NCBI GenBank assembly: GCA_008632985.1
Contig: QPGO01000005.1
Coordinates: 703,607-767,606 of the forward strand
Origin: Psammoneis japonica
Lineage: Eukaryota
Length of the DNA stretch: 64,000 nt
Direction of reading: 5' to 3'
Shown here: in pieces, positions 10,638-20,199 of the stretch
Numbering within the stretch: the first letter of the stretch is position 1
How the letters are laid out: each line of letters begins with the position of its first letter
Translations under genes and position numbers: made by a program
The notes under the pieces: generated by a model
Database searches by the model: none
What the model was told of the DNA's origin: nothing
Seen by the model: the letters and a program-made list of their open reading frames with translations, nothing else

Positions 10638-11897
10638 TCAGAACTGCCGAGGAAACTGCCCGTCTGGCTGAAACCTCACCACACCTCCACAACGTGGAGG
10701 GCCTCGTCCGATCACATCGAAATGGCGCACATCACCACGAGGAGCTTCTCGAGCCTGGTTGTCATCATTCACATTGTCTGCTTGAGCAGCACATCCGTCG
10801 GCCTGACCTTGGCCTCCACGGTTGTTGTTTTCATCACAATGATGCTGACCACCACCTTGGTTGCCATTGTTGTTCTGGTGTCCATTGTTGTTGTTGTTGT
10901 GATGGGTGCCACGACCTCCTTGGTTCTGGTTGCCACGACCACCAAAGCGTCCACCGCCTCCACGGCCTTGTCCACGGCCTCCTTGGAAACGACCTCCACC
11001 TCGACCTCCACCGCCACAGCCTCCACCTCGACCGCCACGGTTTTGAGGCCCACGACAGTTGGGGTTGTTTGGATTGTCACAACACTGGCCCCACGCATGC
11101 CTTCCATGGTGCCATGGGACCGGACACGGATCGTTCGCCTTTGGTTGGCCCTTGCTGTCCTTCTTGTCGCGGTTGCCCTTTTTGTCACTAGAGTTCCCTC
11201 TGTTGCCATTGTTGGACTTGCGCTTCTTGTTGTCCTGACCATCGGCGAATGCCTTCTCATTGCTCATGTGGGCTTGGACATCCACCATCGAGTCCGTAAC
11301 AAGATTCTTGCCCGCACGAATGCAAGACTGCTGCCAGGTCAAAGGGAAGGTGTAGAAGATGATGTTTTTCTGCTCCTGCTCTGTGAGTTCAGGAACGGTT
11401 CCAGGCAAACGGTCAGTGTGACGAAACAAAGTTTCCATGCAATCAACATGAGTTTCTGATTCCACTGAACAGGGCTTTTTGCAAGCAGGCAAATGCATCT
11501 TCATCGTGTCGCGAGCTGTTGGTTTCACGCAGCGCAAATGGTGAGCCGAGACAGCCTGATTGAACCGAGCCACCGTCCGTTGATTCTGTTGGATGCCCGA
11601 GGCAACATTCTGCCATTTCGCCTCCGCAGCACCCTGAAGACAATCTTCGAAAGCATCAAATAATTCTGGTCCGGCATCACAATCGAGTTGTCTTGCCACC
11701 TTCCGGAACCCATCCTCCACATGCAATGATGATTCAATTCCATGCTCTCCTGTGAAAATGGGACACATTTTTGAAAGTTTAGCACCATCATCAAAGGTTT
11801 GAGTGAGCTTCACTTCCTGCAATTCTGAATCCACGAATTTGGTCTTATGCTCAATGCACGCTTTCTCCAAGGCTTCTTGACACATGGCGATGAACAA
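10638..11897 (-). CDS. gag: Gypsy gag (degenerate)
   Basis: 419-aa ORF upstream of pol with the knuckle-like 'CPVPWHHGRHAWGQC' followed by an RGG/N-rich tail. Confidence 0.8.
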   Translation of the reverse strand: MFIAMCQEALEKACIEHKTKFVDSELQEVKLTQTFDDGAKLSKMCPIFTGEHGIESSLHVEDGFRKVARQLDCDAGPELFDAFEDCLQGAAEAKWQNVASGIQQNQRTVARFNQAVSAHHLRCVKPTARDTMKMHLPACKKPCSVESETHVDCMETLFRHTDRLPGTVPELTEQEQKNIIFYTFPLTWQQSCIRAGKNLVTDSMVDVQAHMSNEKAFADGQDNKKRKSNNGNRGNSSDKKGNRDKKDSKGQPKANDPCPVPWHHGRHAWGQCCDNPNNPNCRGPQNRGGRGGGCGGGGRGGGRFQGGRGQGRGGGGRFGGRGNQNQGGRGTHHNNNNNGHQNNNGNQGGGQHHCDENNNRGGQGQADGCAAQADNVNDDNQAREAPRGDVRHFDVIGRGPPRCGGVVRFQPDGQFPRQF

Positions 11898-12212
11898 TTT
11901 CAGCGATCAAACACAATCAACAATCCACAAGATGAACGAAACAAGGCGTTCCCAATTGATCCACACAACGAGAACAATTGGTAACCAAACAAGAACGAAT
12001 TCAACAGTAGCAACACGAGCTTCGAGTTCAAACAAACGCTGCTCTGAATCGCCAATTTCACGAGCATGACTGCGCTGCTCTTCTGATTGACTTCGAATGA
12101 AATTTTCTGCACGCGCTCGTAAATGGATTTTCTCTCTCCTCGATGACACTCTTCGCATTGTCATAAAACTGATGATGCAATGAACAAGCTATAACAACGA
12201 CTGTAATTACAG

Positions 12213-12387
12213 TGCAAGATCTAGCTTGAGATGACTTGATAAAAGTTGTGGGAGAACCGAGGAGAGAACCCATCATCGCTGATGCAGCCCAAACCTAACG
12301 GTTTCCCGTATATCTAATACGTTAGTTAATATACATATATCAGAGAGGGCACACTCGGTCATAGAGTACATGTGCCTATCTCATTCA
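12213..12387 (-). repeat. 5' LTR (175 bp), TpA-rich and apparently unmutated
   Basis: TG...CA ends; matches the split LTR; flanked by TSD ATCAT. Confidence 0.93.
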
Positions 12388-12759
12388 ATCATGGCCCTCA
12401 CAGGGTTGCCCCCCCTTAAATAAAAATAATGCACTTCCTCATCACTGAATGTCACTCCTTCTCCAAGATAAACTGGAAGGCAATTGTTTTATGAGTCATT
12501 ATGTCTCAGATTGATGTCAATAAAGACTACAGAGACTCTCACAATGACTCAAACCAAAGTCTTTTTCAGCACATCGGAAGGCAGACAAAATTAGGGCACA
12601 TGTTTTTGTTCACACCTGATCACGTTCGGCATCGAGCAATTTCATTCGAACAAGGCAAAACGAAGTCCATTGAAAAGGAAGCTATTCCGGCTCGAAAGCT
12701 TTGAATCTCTTTGGGCTCGAACTGCTTGTTGTTTCATAATCTGTCGAACTCAGAAGAAC

Positions 12760-13632
12760 ATGCTCTCGACACGAGCAAATCACGGTATTCTCTTGTTTTT
12801 GATGCTGTCTAGATTCATTCTAGGTGCCCATGCTTCTGTTCGAAAAAGAAAGAGGCGGCTTCAAGACTATGGAAGAACCTATTATAGCTTCGACATGAGC
12901 CTAAATGAAACAGAAGCAGCAGCAGACGGAATGTTGGACAAAGACGGCGGACTGAAGACCGATGTAGCCATCTGTGTCGAGACATCCATTGCATCCAACG
13001 CGGACAGATTGACGCGAGAATACGCAAAAGACATCAAAAACTTTCACGAAATGCGTCGGTGGTGGAAAGTGGCAAAGGTCTCGTATAACTGGAAGGACTT
13101 GCGTTATATTGCTCTGGTGGTGAAGAGTGTTTACGTCGGGATTGTGGAAGTTTTTGTCAGAGACGTCCTGGTATCAACAACAAAAGTAAGACTAAGAGGA
13201 AAAGAGAGACAGGCAGATGCAAACAATTCCAACGTTGGCATGAATGGGAGAAATTCGAACCGTCGCCGAGCGCAAAGGGGAAGCGCCCAGGTCGTTACAA
13301 AGAAAAAGAAGCGTCCAAGGAAGAAAAAGGGAAGGAACAGGAGAAAGTGGGATCGGTTTCGGATCAAAGCACATTGTCAACTGTGTAAGCCCGATGATCT
13401 TGACGCTGGTAGAAGATTGTTGCAGGACGATGATGTCGACTATGCAACATGGATGAACGAAAAGCTCAAAGAGCAGGTGTCAGGTGACTGCCCTGGCATC
13501 GGCAAACATGTTACAAGTACACGGCTTTTCGAGTGTGATTGCACGGGAGAGCCGCTCATCAAGGGCAGAGGAAGGAAGCTCTGTGAGATTGAAAGCTACA
13601 TGGCGGCGAATGACGTGGATCTTGGTCATTAG
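12760..13632 (+). CDS. Hypothetical secreted basic protein
   Basis: Single ORF with a signal-peptide-like N-terminus, RRLQ/RRLL processing-like motifs, a K/R-rich tract and 'CQLCKPDD'. Confidence 0.6.
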   Translation: MLSTRANHGILLFLMLSRFILGAHASVRKRKRRLQDYGRTYYSFDMSLNETEAAADGMLDKDGGLKTDVAICVETSIASNADRLTREYAKDIKNFHEMRRWWKVAKVSYNWKDLRYIALVVKSVYVGIVEVFVRDVLVSTTKVRLRGKERQADANNSNVGMNGRNSNRRRAQRGSAQVVTKKKKRPRKKKGRNRRKWDRFRIKAHCQLCKPDDLDAGRRLLQDDDVDYATWMNEKLKEQVSGDCPGIGKHVTSTRLFECDCTGEPLIKGRGRKLCEIESYMAANDVDLGH

Positions 13633-14048
13633 TTTAGTTATATCATCCTGGAGCGATCTTACCCGTCATGCGGTACGATACTTCTAGAGTAGAAACATCT
13701 ACCATAGTATTCAATTGCTGCATTGTAATCAACAAATATTGCATGCACGTGGTTCTCTTGGTGGACGGAGGTTTTAGCATACTTTTAGCATAACCTAGAC
13801 TAGTCTACCTCTATCATACGCTACATGAGCATCAGTAGGTTGCGTGTTGAAGGGGTCGCAGACTGTCGTGCGTGCCTGCGCGCATGCGTGCGATGAGCGA
13901 CGATACGCCAAACTCGCACGACCGACCGAACGACACCAATGACAACTGACAATGAATGAATCGACGGTTGTTACAGGTGACAAGAGCCCAAGCTTCGCTC
14001 TCTAGCCAGTTCTGGATGCTAAGAAACTCGAGATCATTTTTTCCTGCG

Positions 14049-16071
14049 ATGATTCATGCAGTACTGCTGGTTCTGCTCAGTTTTGGTTGTCTTTGCAGAG
14101 GTCAAAGTGACAACGCCAGTCTCCACGAAAACGGCATGTTGTTTTCACCACAATCAAACAGCAAGAACATCAAAGCGCTCCAAGCCAAAATTGGGCCGTA
14201 CGCATGTGGAGAAATTCTTGCTACGTGGAACAAGGCAGAGGTGGAGGCTTCTATTGATATTATACTCGTCGAAAACGATCTTACGGAATTCCGATTTCTG
14301 TTGATACCTTTGATCCAGCACGGTGTTCAGGTACGAAAGGTATGTGCATCATGCCAGGACTTTAATGAGGACGCTCCAATATTCAACGAAGCCTGTGGTC
14401 CAGGTGCACATGGGTCTAGTTCAACAGTATCGGGGTTGCTGGCGTTTCCTCTTGACAGCTCGCGACAACTGAAAGCAGGAACGATTCCTGCCAATATATA
14501 CGTTAGACCCACCACAATTTCGTCACATCCGACAAACAGCTGGGGCAGTGCAATTACTACGATGTTGGCCGTTGTCCCAGCTTCAATCGGATTCGTGAAT
14601 ATACTCCCAGACACGTTAGGCTATGGCGAAAGTAGCACGGACGCATTCAAATCATACACGATAAAGCGCGCTTATCAAACTTCCACATTGCCCCTCTGGT
14701 ACAAAGCCGGAGCAATCCTGAAAGAAGAGTCGAAGTGCGCATCGAGGTTGGCAGAAGCAACGTCCGTCATGGGATACAGTGGTAAGGGTGTAATTGTGTA
14801 TACCGACGTTGAAAATCCTCCCAACACTTCATATTTCTCTAATGTTTTGTACATTCTTCAACTTCCTCTGCAGAAGGTGGTTATGCCTCCGTTGCTGTTG
14901 CCACTGGTGAGTTTGGACAATTGAAAAGTAGTCTATTTTTTGCTTCTCGAGATGGTTCTCACTGTATTGCATCGATGAAACTTTCCCTCCCCAAATAGCA
15001 CTTGATGAACTCGGGGTAAACATTCTTCAGGTTCAAGCCGGCGGTGCACCCTTTCGAATGGGTACAATCACTATCCCGAAACTTATTCAATCGATTGATC
15101 GTGGGACCTTTCCACGGAGGGAGCAAGTAGACTTGGCCCTCATTGGCTCTGCTTACTCATCAACGAATCCTAATGTTGCGAACTACAACAAGGGGCACGA
15201 CTTTCTGAAAGCCTCGAAACGAGATGAATTTGTCGCTCTCATTAGAGAAGGGGAAAGTTCAAACGCCGTACTCAGAGAAATTCCTAGAAACAATCCACTC
15301 TCTATTTTTGACGAGGAGTTACTTAGTTGGGCGCGTCTCATTATACAACAGGACGTGACAGATCCATGTGGAGCCAATTCCCCGGTCCCGTTCCCCACAA
15401 GGGAATTCATTTGCCCAGCTCTTACAGAGAACGACTTGACGGAAGCTTTGGAGAGCGCAGATTTTCCGGTCAATATTTGCCATAGCACAGACGACGAGGT
15501 TGTATCATTTGATAATGTTCCTGATCTGAGCAAGAACCCACGGCTGACTTTAGTGGCAACCAGAGGTACCCATGGTGAAGCAAGCTCCTTTTGTATTCTA
15601 AGTTCCGTGCAAAGCCTCAGTGGAGTTATCGCTAGGGTTAACTTTGATCCTCCAAATGGATGCGCAGATCCAACCCCCAGTCCTACTCGAAACCCAACGA
15701 CCACTCCGACGAGGGCCACTCCCTCCCCAACTCAACCACCAACGACAATGACCCCAACGCGGGCAACCCCGAGCCCCACCCAGGCAACTCCGAGCCCCAC
15801 GCAAGCAACACCGTCTCCCACTCTAAACCCAACGGACTCTCCAACACAGGTCACTTCTTCTCCAGAATCTGGATCAACAATTTCTCCGACCGTTGCCAAT
15901 TTTCCTTCAGAATCAGGATCAACGTTGTCTCCAACCTCTCCCTCCCCTACTCAAACAGGAGCGACTATATCACCGACAGAGGCCAACCTTCTTCCTTCTG
16001 CTGTCTACTTTCCATCACTGACAGTACCAACACTTCTTGTCACGTTCATGCTTTTCATTCTTGCTGCATAA
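14049..16071 (+). CDS. Secreted alpha/beta-hydrolase (secretory lipase-like) with Pro/Thr/Ser stalk and hydrophobic C-tail; 2 introns
   Basis: Signal peptide. Introns 14782-14873 and 14907-14998 (GT-AG) reconstitute the nucleophile motif GYSEGGY and 'AGGAPF'. Also 'HSTDDEVV', 'GTHG' and PSPT repeats. Confidence 0.8.
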
Positions 16072-16214
16072 TAAGAAAAGCTGTGGTTCCTGGCACGTGC
16101 GCACCAAAACCGTACAAGTACTGTACGACTATCTGCGGCAATAGATAACCCAAGTTTATGGTGAGAGTTAAGCCATCTATCTGATGTCACGTCCCTTCAT
16201 ACTGCTGCCGCTAG

Positions 16215-17636
16215 CTAGTCATCATCTTCGTCCTCCAGCACAGCCTGATTCGATCGCTTCTTGCTTGCTGATCCAACCTTGGATCGATTGATGATGACTT
16301 CGTCGTCGTCACTATCAGAATCATCACCCAGAACAATATCTTCATCATCGTCATCCTCCTCTTCGGCTTTGTTAATCTGTTGTCTCTTGCGTTTCCTGTC
16401 TGACAATTTCTGAGTGGCCCACTCGTCTTCTTCATCCAAATCATCATCCGAGTCATCTCCATAATCAAAGGCTTCCTCATCACGACCACGGCGTTTCAAA
16501 GCTCCGATATTGACAGAATCATAACGTCCATCATCCTCGTCTTCTTCCAAGTATCGTCTCGTCATTCCCGGCGTAGAACGTCTGCCACCTCTGGCCCTGT
16601 TTTTGCGAGCATTGTCCTTCTCCATTTCTTCCTTGATTTTGATGCGTTCGGCCTTTAACTTTTCTGGATCTTGCTCCGTCACGTATTCGGCGATGCGTGC
16701 CTTTTTCATGTTGCGCTGTCTCACGGCAATGGTCAAACTGCGATGAGCCTCGGATTGAAGAGACGACGGACGAGCCGTAAGTCTGGAAGTAATGGGTCCT
16801 GCGCATTCCAGTACGGTTCCTCCTGGCGTGCGCTCTTCTTTTGATTCTTCTCCCGTGGTACTGTAAGACGCCTTTTGACTCTGATAGAGATATCCATTGA
16901 TGCCTGCAAAGCCAGCAGGAGTCTTCGTCTTGAGGGAATCCACTTCAAATACCTCGGAGCCAACATGAAGAGTGTAGGATCCGTCGTCCCATTGAACAAT
17001 CCGAGTATTCGATTCTCGTACCAACTTGTCGTTGTCATCCCGTTCCAACTCTCCATCCGAGTCCCGCTTGTACCTCCACCGAATCATGTGAAGCACGTTG
17101 CTGTATTCTTCCTCTTCCATCGAGGCAGAATAAGTCTCTTGATCAAAAGCTTCTGGCTGAATTCCCACCAGCATACCTGGTAACTTGGTCATGTGTAGTG
17201 ATACACCCTCGGGAGGCTTCTTAGTCTCCAACACATGCATAAACGTGGGCTTTGAAGTTTCAGACAAGGTCTTGTTGCTCGCACCGTCAGAAGAAACGGC
17301 AGCGTCCATCTCCTCTCTGGCCCTTTCCACTCGAGGATCCGACCTCCCGACAATTCCTGCTTCTGCATCATCAAATTCCGCATCACCTTCGTCATCGTCG
17401 CCATCCGCTTTGGCGTCTGAATCATCATCGTCGTCTTGTATCTGACGCTTGGGTGCTTCTGCTTCAGACGCCTTTTCTTCTTCTTGTTGGTTTCCTTTTT
17501 CTTCTTCTACTTCTTCCACGGGACTTGTATCCATGGCGTCGTCACTTCCACCAGACTTTTCCTTCTCATTCTTATCGCGACCGACTGACTCCTCATCGGA
17601 GGAGTCTTCCGCAAACAGCTCTGCCATGGACGCCAT
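16215..17636 (-). CDS. LEO1: PAF1 complex subunit LEO1
   Basis: 'ESNTRIVQWDDGSYTLHVGSE' Leo1 signature, 'IRWRY', 'RPSSLQSEAH', acidic flanks. Confidence 0.9.
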   Translation of the reverse strand: MASMAELFAEDSSDEESVGRDKNEKEKSGGSDDAMDTSPVEEVEEEKGNQQEEEKASEAEAPKRQIQDDDDDSDAKADGDDDEGDAEFDDAEAGIVGRSDPRVERAREEMDAAVSSDGASNKTLSETSKPTFMHVLETKKPPEGVSLHMTKLPGMLVGIQPEAFDQETYSASMEEEEYSNVLHMIRWRYKRDSDGELERDDNDKLVRESNTRIVQWDDGSYTLHVGSEVFEVDSLKTKTPAGFAGINGYLYQSQKASYSTTGEESKEERTPGGTVLECAGPITSRLTARPSSLQSEAHRSLTIAVRQRNMKKARIAEYVTEQDPEKLKAERIKIKEEMEKDNARKNRARGGRRSTPGMTRRYLEEDEDDGRYDSVNIGALKRRGRDEEAFDYGDDSDDDLDEEDEWATQKLSDRKRKRQQINKAEEEDDDDEDIVLGDDSDSDDDEVIINRSKVGSASKKRSNQAVLEDEDDD

Positions 17637-17966
17637 GGTGTTACGCCGCTGTGTTGTCGAGGGATAGGTCGCGGTCACCACCACGGGATCTGTGGGTCGT
17701 GGTACTGATTCTACAGTACTGTACGGAGATCTTACGTATCGATTCTGTGGCACGGGCTTACGCACGGGCAGACGGTTGTTTTCGACTGGCCGCCGACCGT
17801 AAACATACCTACTATGGAAACGACAAGCCGACAAACGACTGCGATAACAATGTTGTGAAAAAAGAGAACGAACGGCACTTATTAGGGAGCAGCTTTACCT
17901 GGTATACGACATACGACACGTCCATGACGATTATTCATAGAGGGCTGTGGTAGTTGTTCGCTTAAA

Positions 17967-18653
17967 ATGGATCAAAATCAGGAGAAAAGCAACGAAGCTG
18001 CCGCTGTTCAGGTCGGGCTGACACTCAACACCGCTCGACCCGCAACTGTTTCAGGGGGGGGGCGAAGAAGTATCGTCTGTACACCACGACGACGACACGA
18101 TGATGAAATAATGAATCCACAACTTAGCCACCCAGATGAGTTGTACGGCGAACATGTGGATCAAGAAGATGAAGAGTGGGTGCACAAGCACGTGCGGGGT
18201 GGTGTACAAGAGACGATCTCTGTGGGGAAAAAAGCAGCATTCACCCTCATCATGCCATGACGGCAATAACAAGAGCAAAACTCAGGAAACGACCCATCAA
18301 ATTAAAATGTTGAAACCACGAAATTCCGATGCTGTTTTGAATTGCCCTGTGGACTGTCAACAGCACGAATTGTACGACAAACAGTGTCGAGCCGTGTGTG
18401 TCATGAATATCGGTGTCAATTGAGATAACAATATGTCTTTTTGGAACGAGACGGGCAGCTAGCTTCACCAAAACAAAGTGCACACCAACATAAAGAAGAC
18501 CGACAACATGACTCGTACCTTGTCGATCAAAACCACAAACAAAAAGAAGGACTGTACCGTACTATTCTATCAACAATCTGTCAAACTGAAGTGGCAGCGT
18601 CGAATATGGACGATGAAGACTATCATCTCTTTGGTTGCTTGGCGTCTGCTTGA
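17967..18653 (+). pseudogene. EAPP: E2F-associated phosphoprotein (EAPP)-like, disrupted
   Basis: 'DELY...DEEWV', 'NSDAVLNCP', 'DCQQHELY..QCRAVCVMNI' and 'CQTEVA...YHLFGCLAS' are spread over several frames. There is a TGA at 18421 and a deletion between CP and DCQ. Confidence 0.75.
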
Positions 18654-18864
18654 CGTTTGCTATTCGGCATACTGTAATTAGGCCTAGATGGTTAAACTGT
18701 GTTTTAGCAGCGATATGTACATACCAACGTTTCCTGGTTGAGTTTGTCGTTTGCTTGATTGTATTAATGTGTAAAATTCATTCGATATATCAACAGACGA
18801 TGGGCAAGTCATGAAGCAATGAATCAAAATCAAATGCCGTGCGGTAGGGCCCCTAAGTAGCTAG

Positions 18865-19902
18865 CTAGTCTTCGTTGCCGCCCATCCATCGTGACAATTC
18901 CTTCTCGGGCAAGTCTTGTCCGGTCCTCTCAAAATGACCAAGGACAGAATTGAAAGTATCTACAAAATCTTCTCCACTCTCGATCTCTCTTGTAAATGGA
19001 GGAAAAGTCCGTATTGACACGTTAGCTTTCTTTTTAATGTCCATGCCAATGCTTTCATCAGCGTGCCACAACTTTTCGGTGCCGTGAACGCCAACAAACC
19101 GTATTGGACGCTGCGCTAGTTTGGCAAGGGCATAGGCTCCCGGAAATACCGGTAAGAGTCCGTCTTCGGGAGTAGGATTTAGTTGACCTTCTGGAAAGAG
19201 AAACAAATCAAAACCGTCTTGGAATGACTCTTTTGTGAGTTTCAGCATGTTCTTGAACGATTTCTTGTCGTACTCGTTCGGATTGCCAGAGCCATTGTTT
19301 GCCATTTCGACAGGAATGAATCCTGCATTGTGAAACAAGATTTTACACACTGGATTTTCATCCAAGCCTTTCCAATAAATAACTTTGAGAGGTCTTCTCT
19401 GCTTTCCCCGAATTTGATCATCCGTGGCCAACCACAAAAAGGTATCCAAGGAAGAAATGTGGTTGGCACACCAGACACTAGGTATCGGGGGCTCTGGCTC
19501 ATTTTCGCAGGGTGTGACATTGACTTTGCAAAAGGGCATGATTTTCAGCAAATTCTTGGCACACTGCTCTCCAACTTGGAGTGATCTTTCTTCGCGTTGT
19601 GTCTTGGAGATCAAGCCAACCTTGTGTAGCGTCCAGACAGGCAACAAGAACACTGGCAACGAAATACACATGGAGGCAATATACGATAGCATTGATATTT
19701 TGATAATATTAGATTCGATAGGACTGAGAATGGGAGAGTCGCCTTCTCGATTCTCCAATGGTTGAAGAGTTTTAATGTCCGTGACCATACCGACGGAACG
19801 CTTGGTGCTGCGCCAAGAAGTAAAAGACGGTTTGCTTGCAGGAACAAACGCCTTCACGGAGCATGGATAGAGAAGGGCAAGTACAATAAAAAGCTTCTTC
19901 AT
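18865..19902 (-). CDS. Plastid-targeted 1-acyl-sn-glycerol-3-phosphate acyltransferase (PlsC/LPAAT family)
   Basis: NHxxxxD ('ANHISSLD') and 'FPEG' motifs; signal peptide followed by 'VKA-FVP', an ASAFAP-type bipartite signal. Confidence 0.85.
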   Translation of the reverse strand: MKKLFIVLALLYPCSVKAFVPASKPSFTSWRSTKRSVGMVTDIKTLQPLENREGDSPILSPIESNIIKISMLSYIASMCISLPVFLLPVWTLHKVGLISKTQREERSLQVGEQCAKNLLKIMPFCKVNVTPCENEPEPPIPSVWCANHISSLDTFLWLATDDQIRGKQRRPLKVIYWKGLDENPVCKILFHNAGFIPVEMANNGSGNPNEYDKKSFKNMLKLTKESFQDGFDLFLFPEGQLNPTPEDGLLPVFPGAYALAKLAQRPIRFVGVHGTEKLWHADESIGMDIKKKANVSIRTFPPFTREIESGEDFVDTFNSVLGHFERTGQDLPEKELSRWMGGNED

Positions 19903-20199
19903 TCTGCGGTGGTAGTTGGTACAACTGCGCGCTGAAAATGAGATAGAGTAGTCTCTAGAGGCGACAGGTTCCGATTTTGAGCGAGGGTTCTCATTTTTGC
20001 ATTTCAACGAAAAAGTGATCCAATCACACTTTCAGTGTTCAACGAGCATACGGATCCTACGGGCATGGATACAATCAATCTGGCCAAACCTCCCGTCTTG
20101 ATACAATCGTTTCTAGCTGCTTGTGCTTTCGTCCGACCGTCGAGACATGCATGCATGCCGGTGCTAAAATAAAAAGTCATCACAACAACATCTCAATCT

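Larger units (their letters stand above)
4961..12387 (-). mobile_element. Full-length Ty3/Gypsy LTR retrotransposon (degenerate), containing a nested insertion
   Basis: TG...CA LTRs; TSD ATCAT at 4956-4960 and 12388-12392; gag then PR-RT-RNaseH-IN order on the minus strand; polypurine tract adjacent to the 3' LTR. Confidence 0.95.

Noticed and set aside
10493..11459. Long plus-strand ORFs (232 and 286 aa)
   Set aside because: Antisense shadows of the low-complexity gag tail.
12213..12387. Classical RIP (CpA to TpA) acting on the right LTR
   Set aside because: Conserved Tyr-to-Cys/His changes in Pol and PPIL4, and the broken symmetry of palindromes, polarise the change as TA loss.
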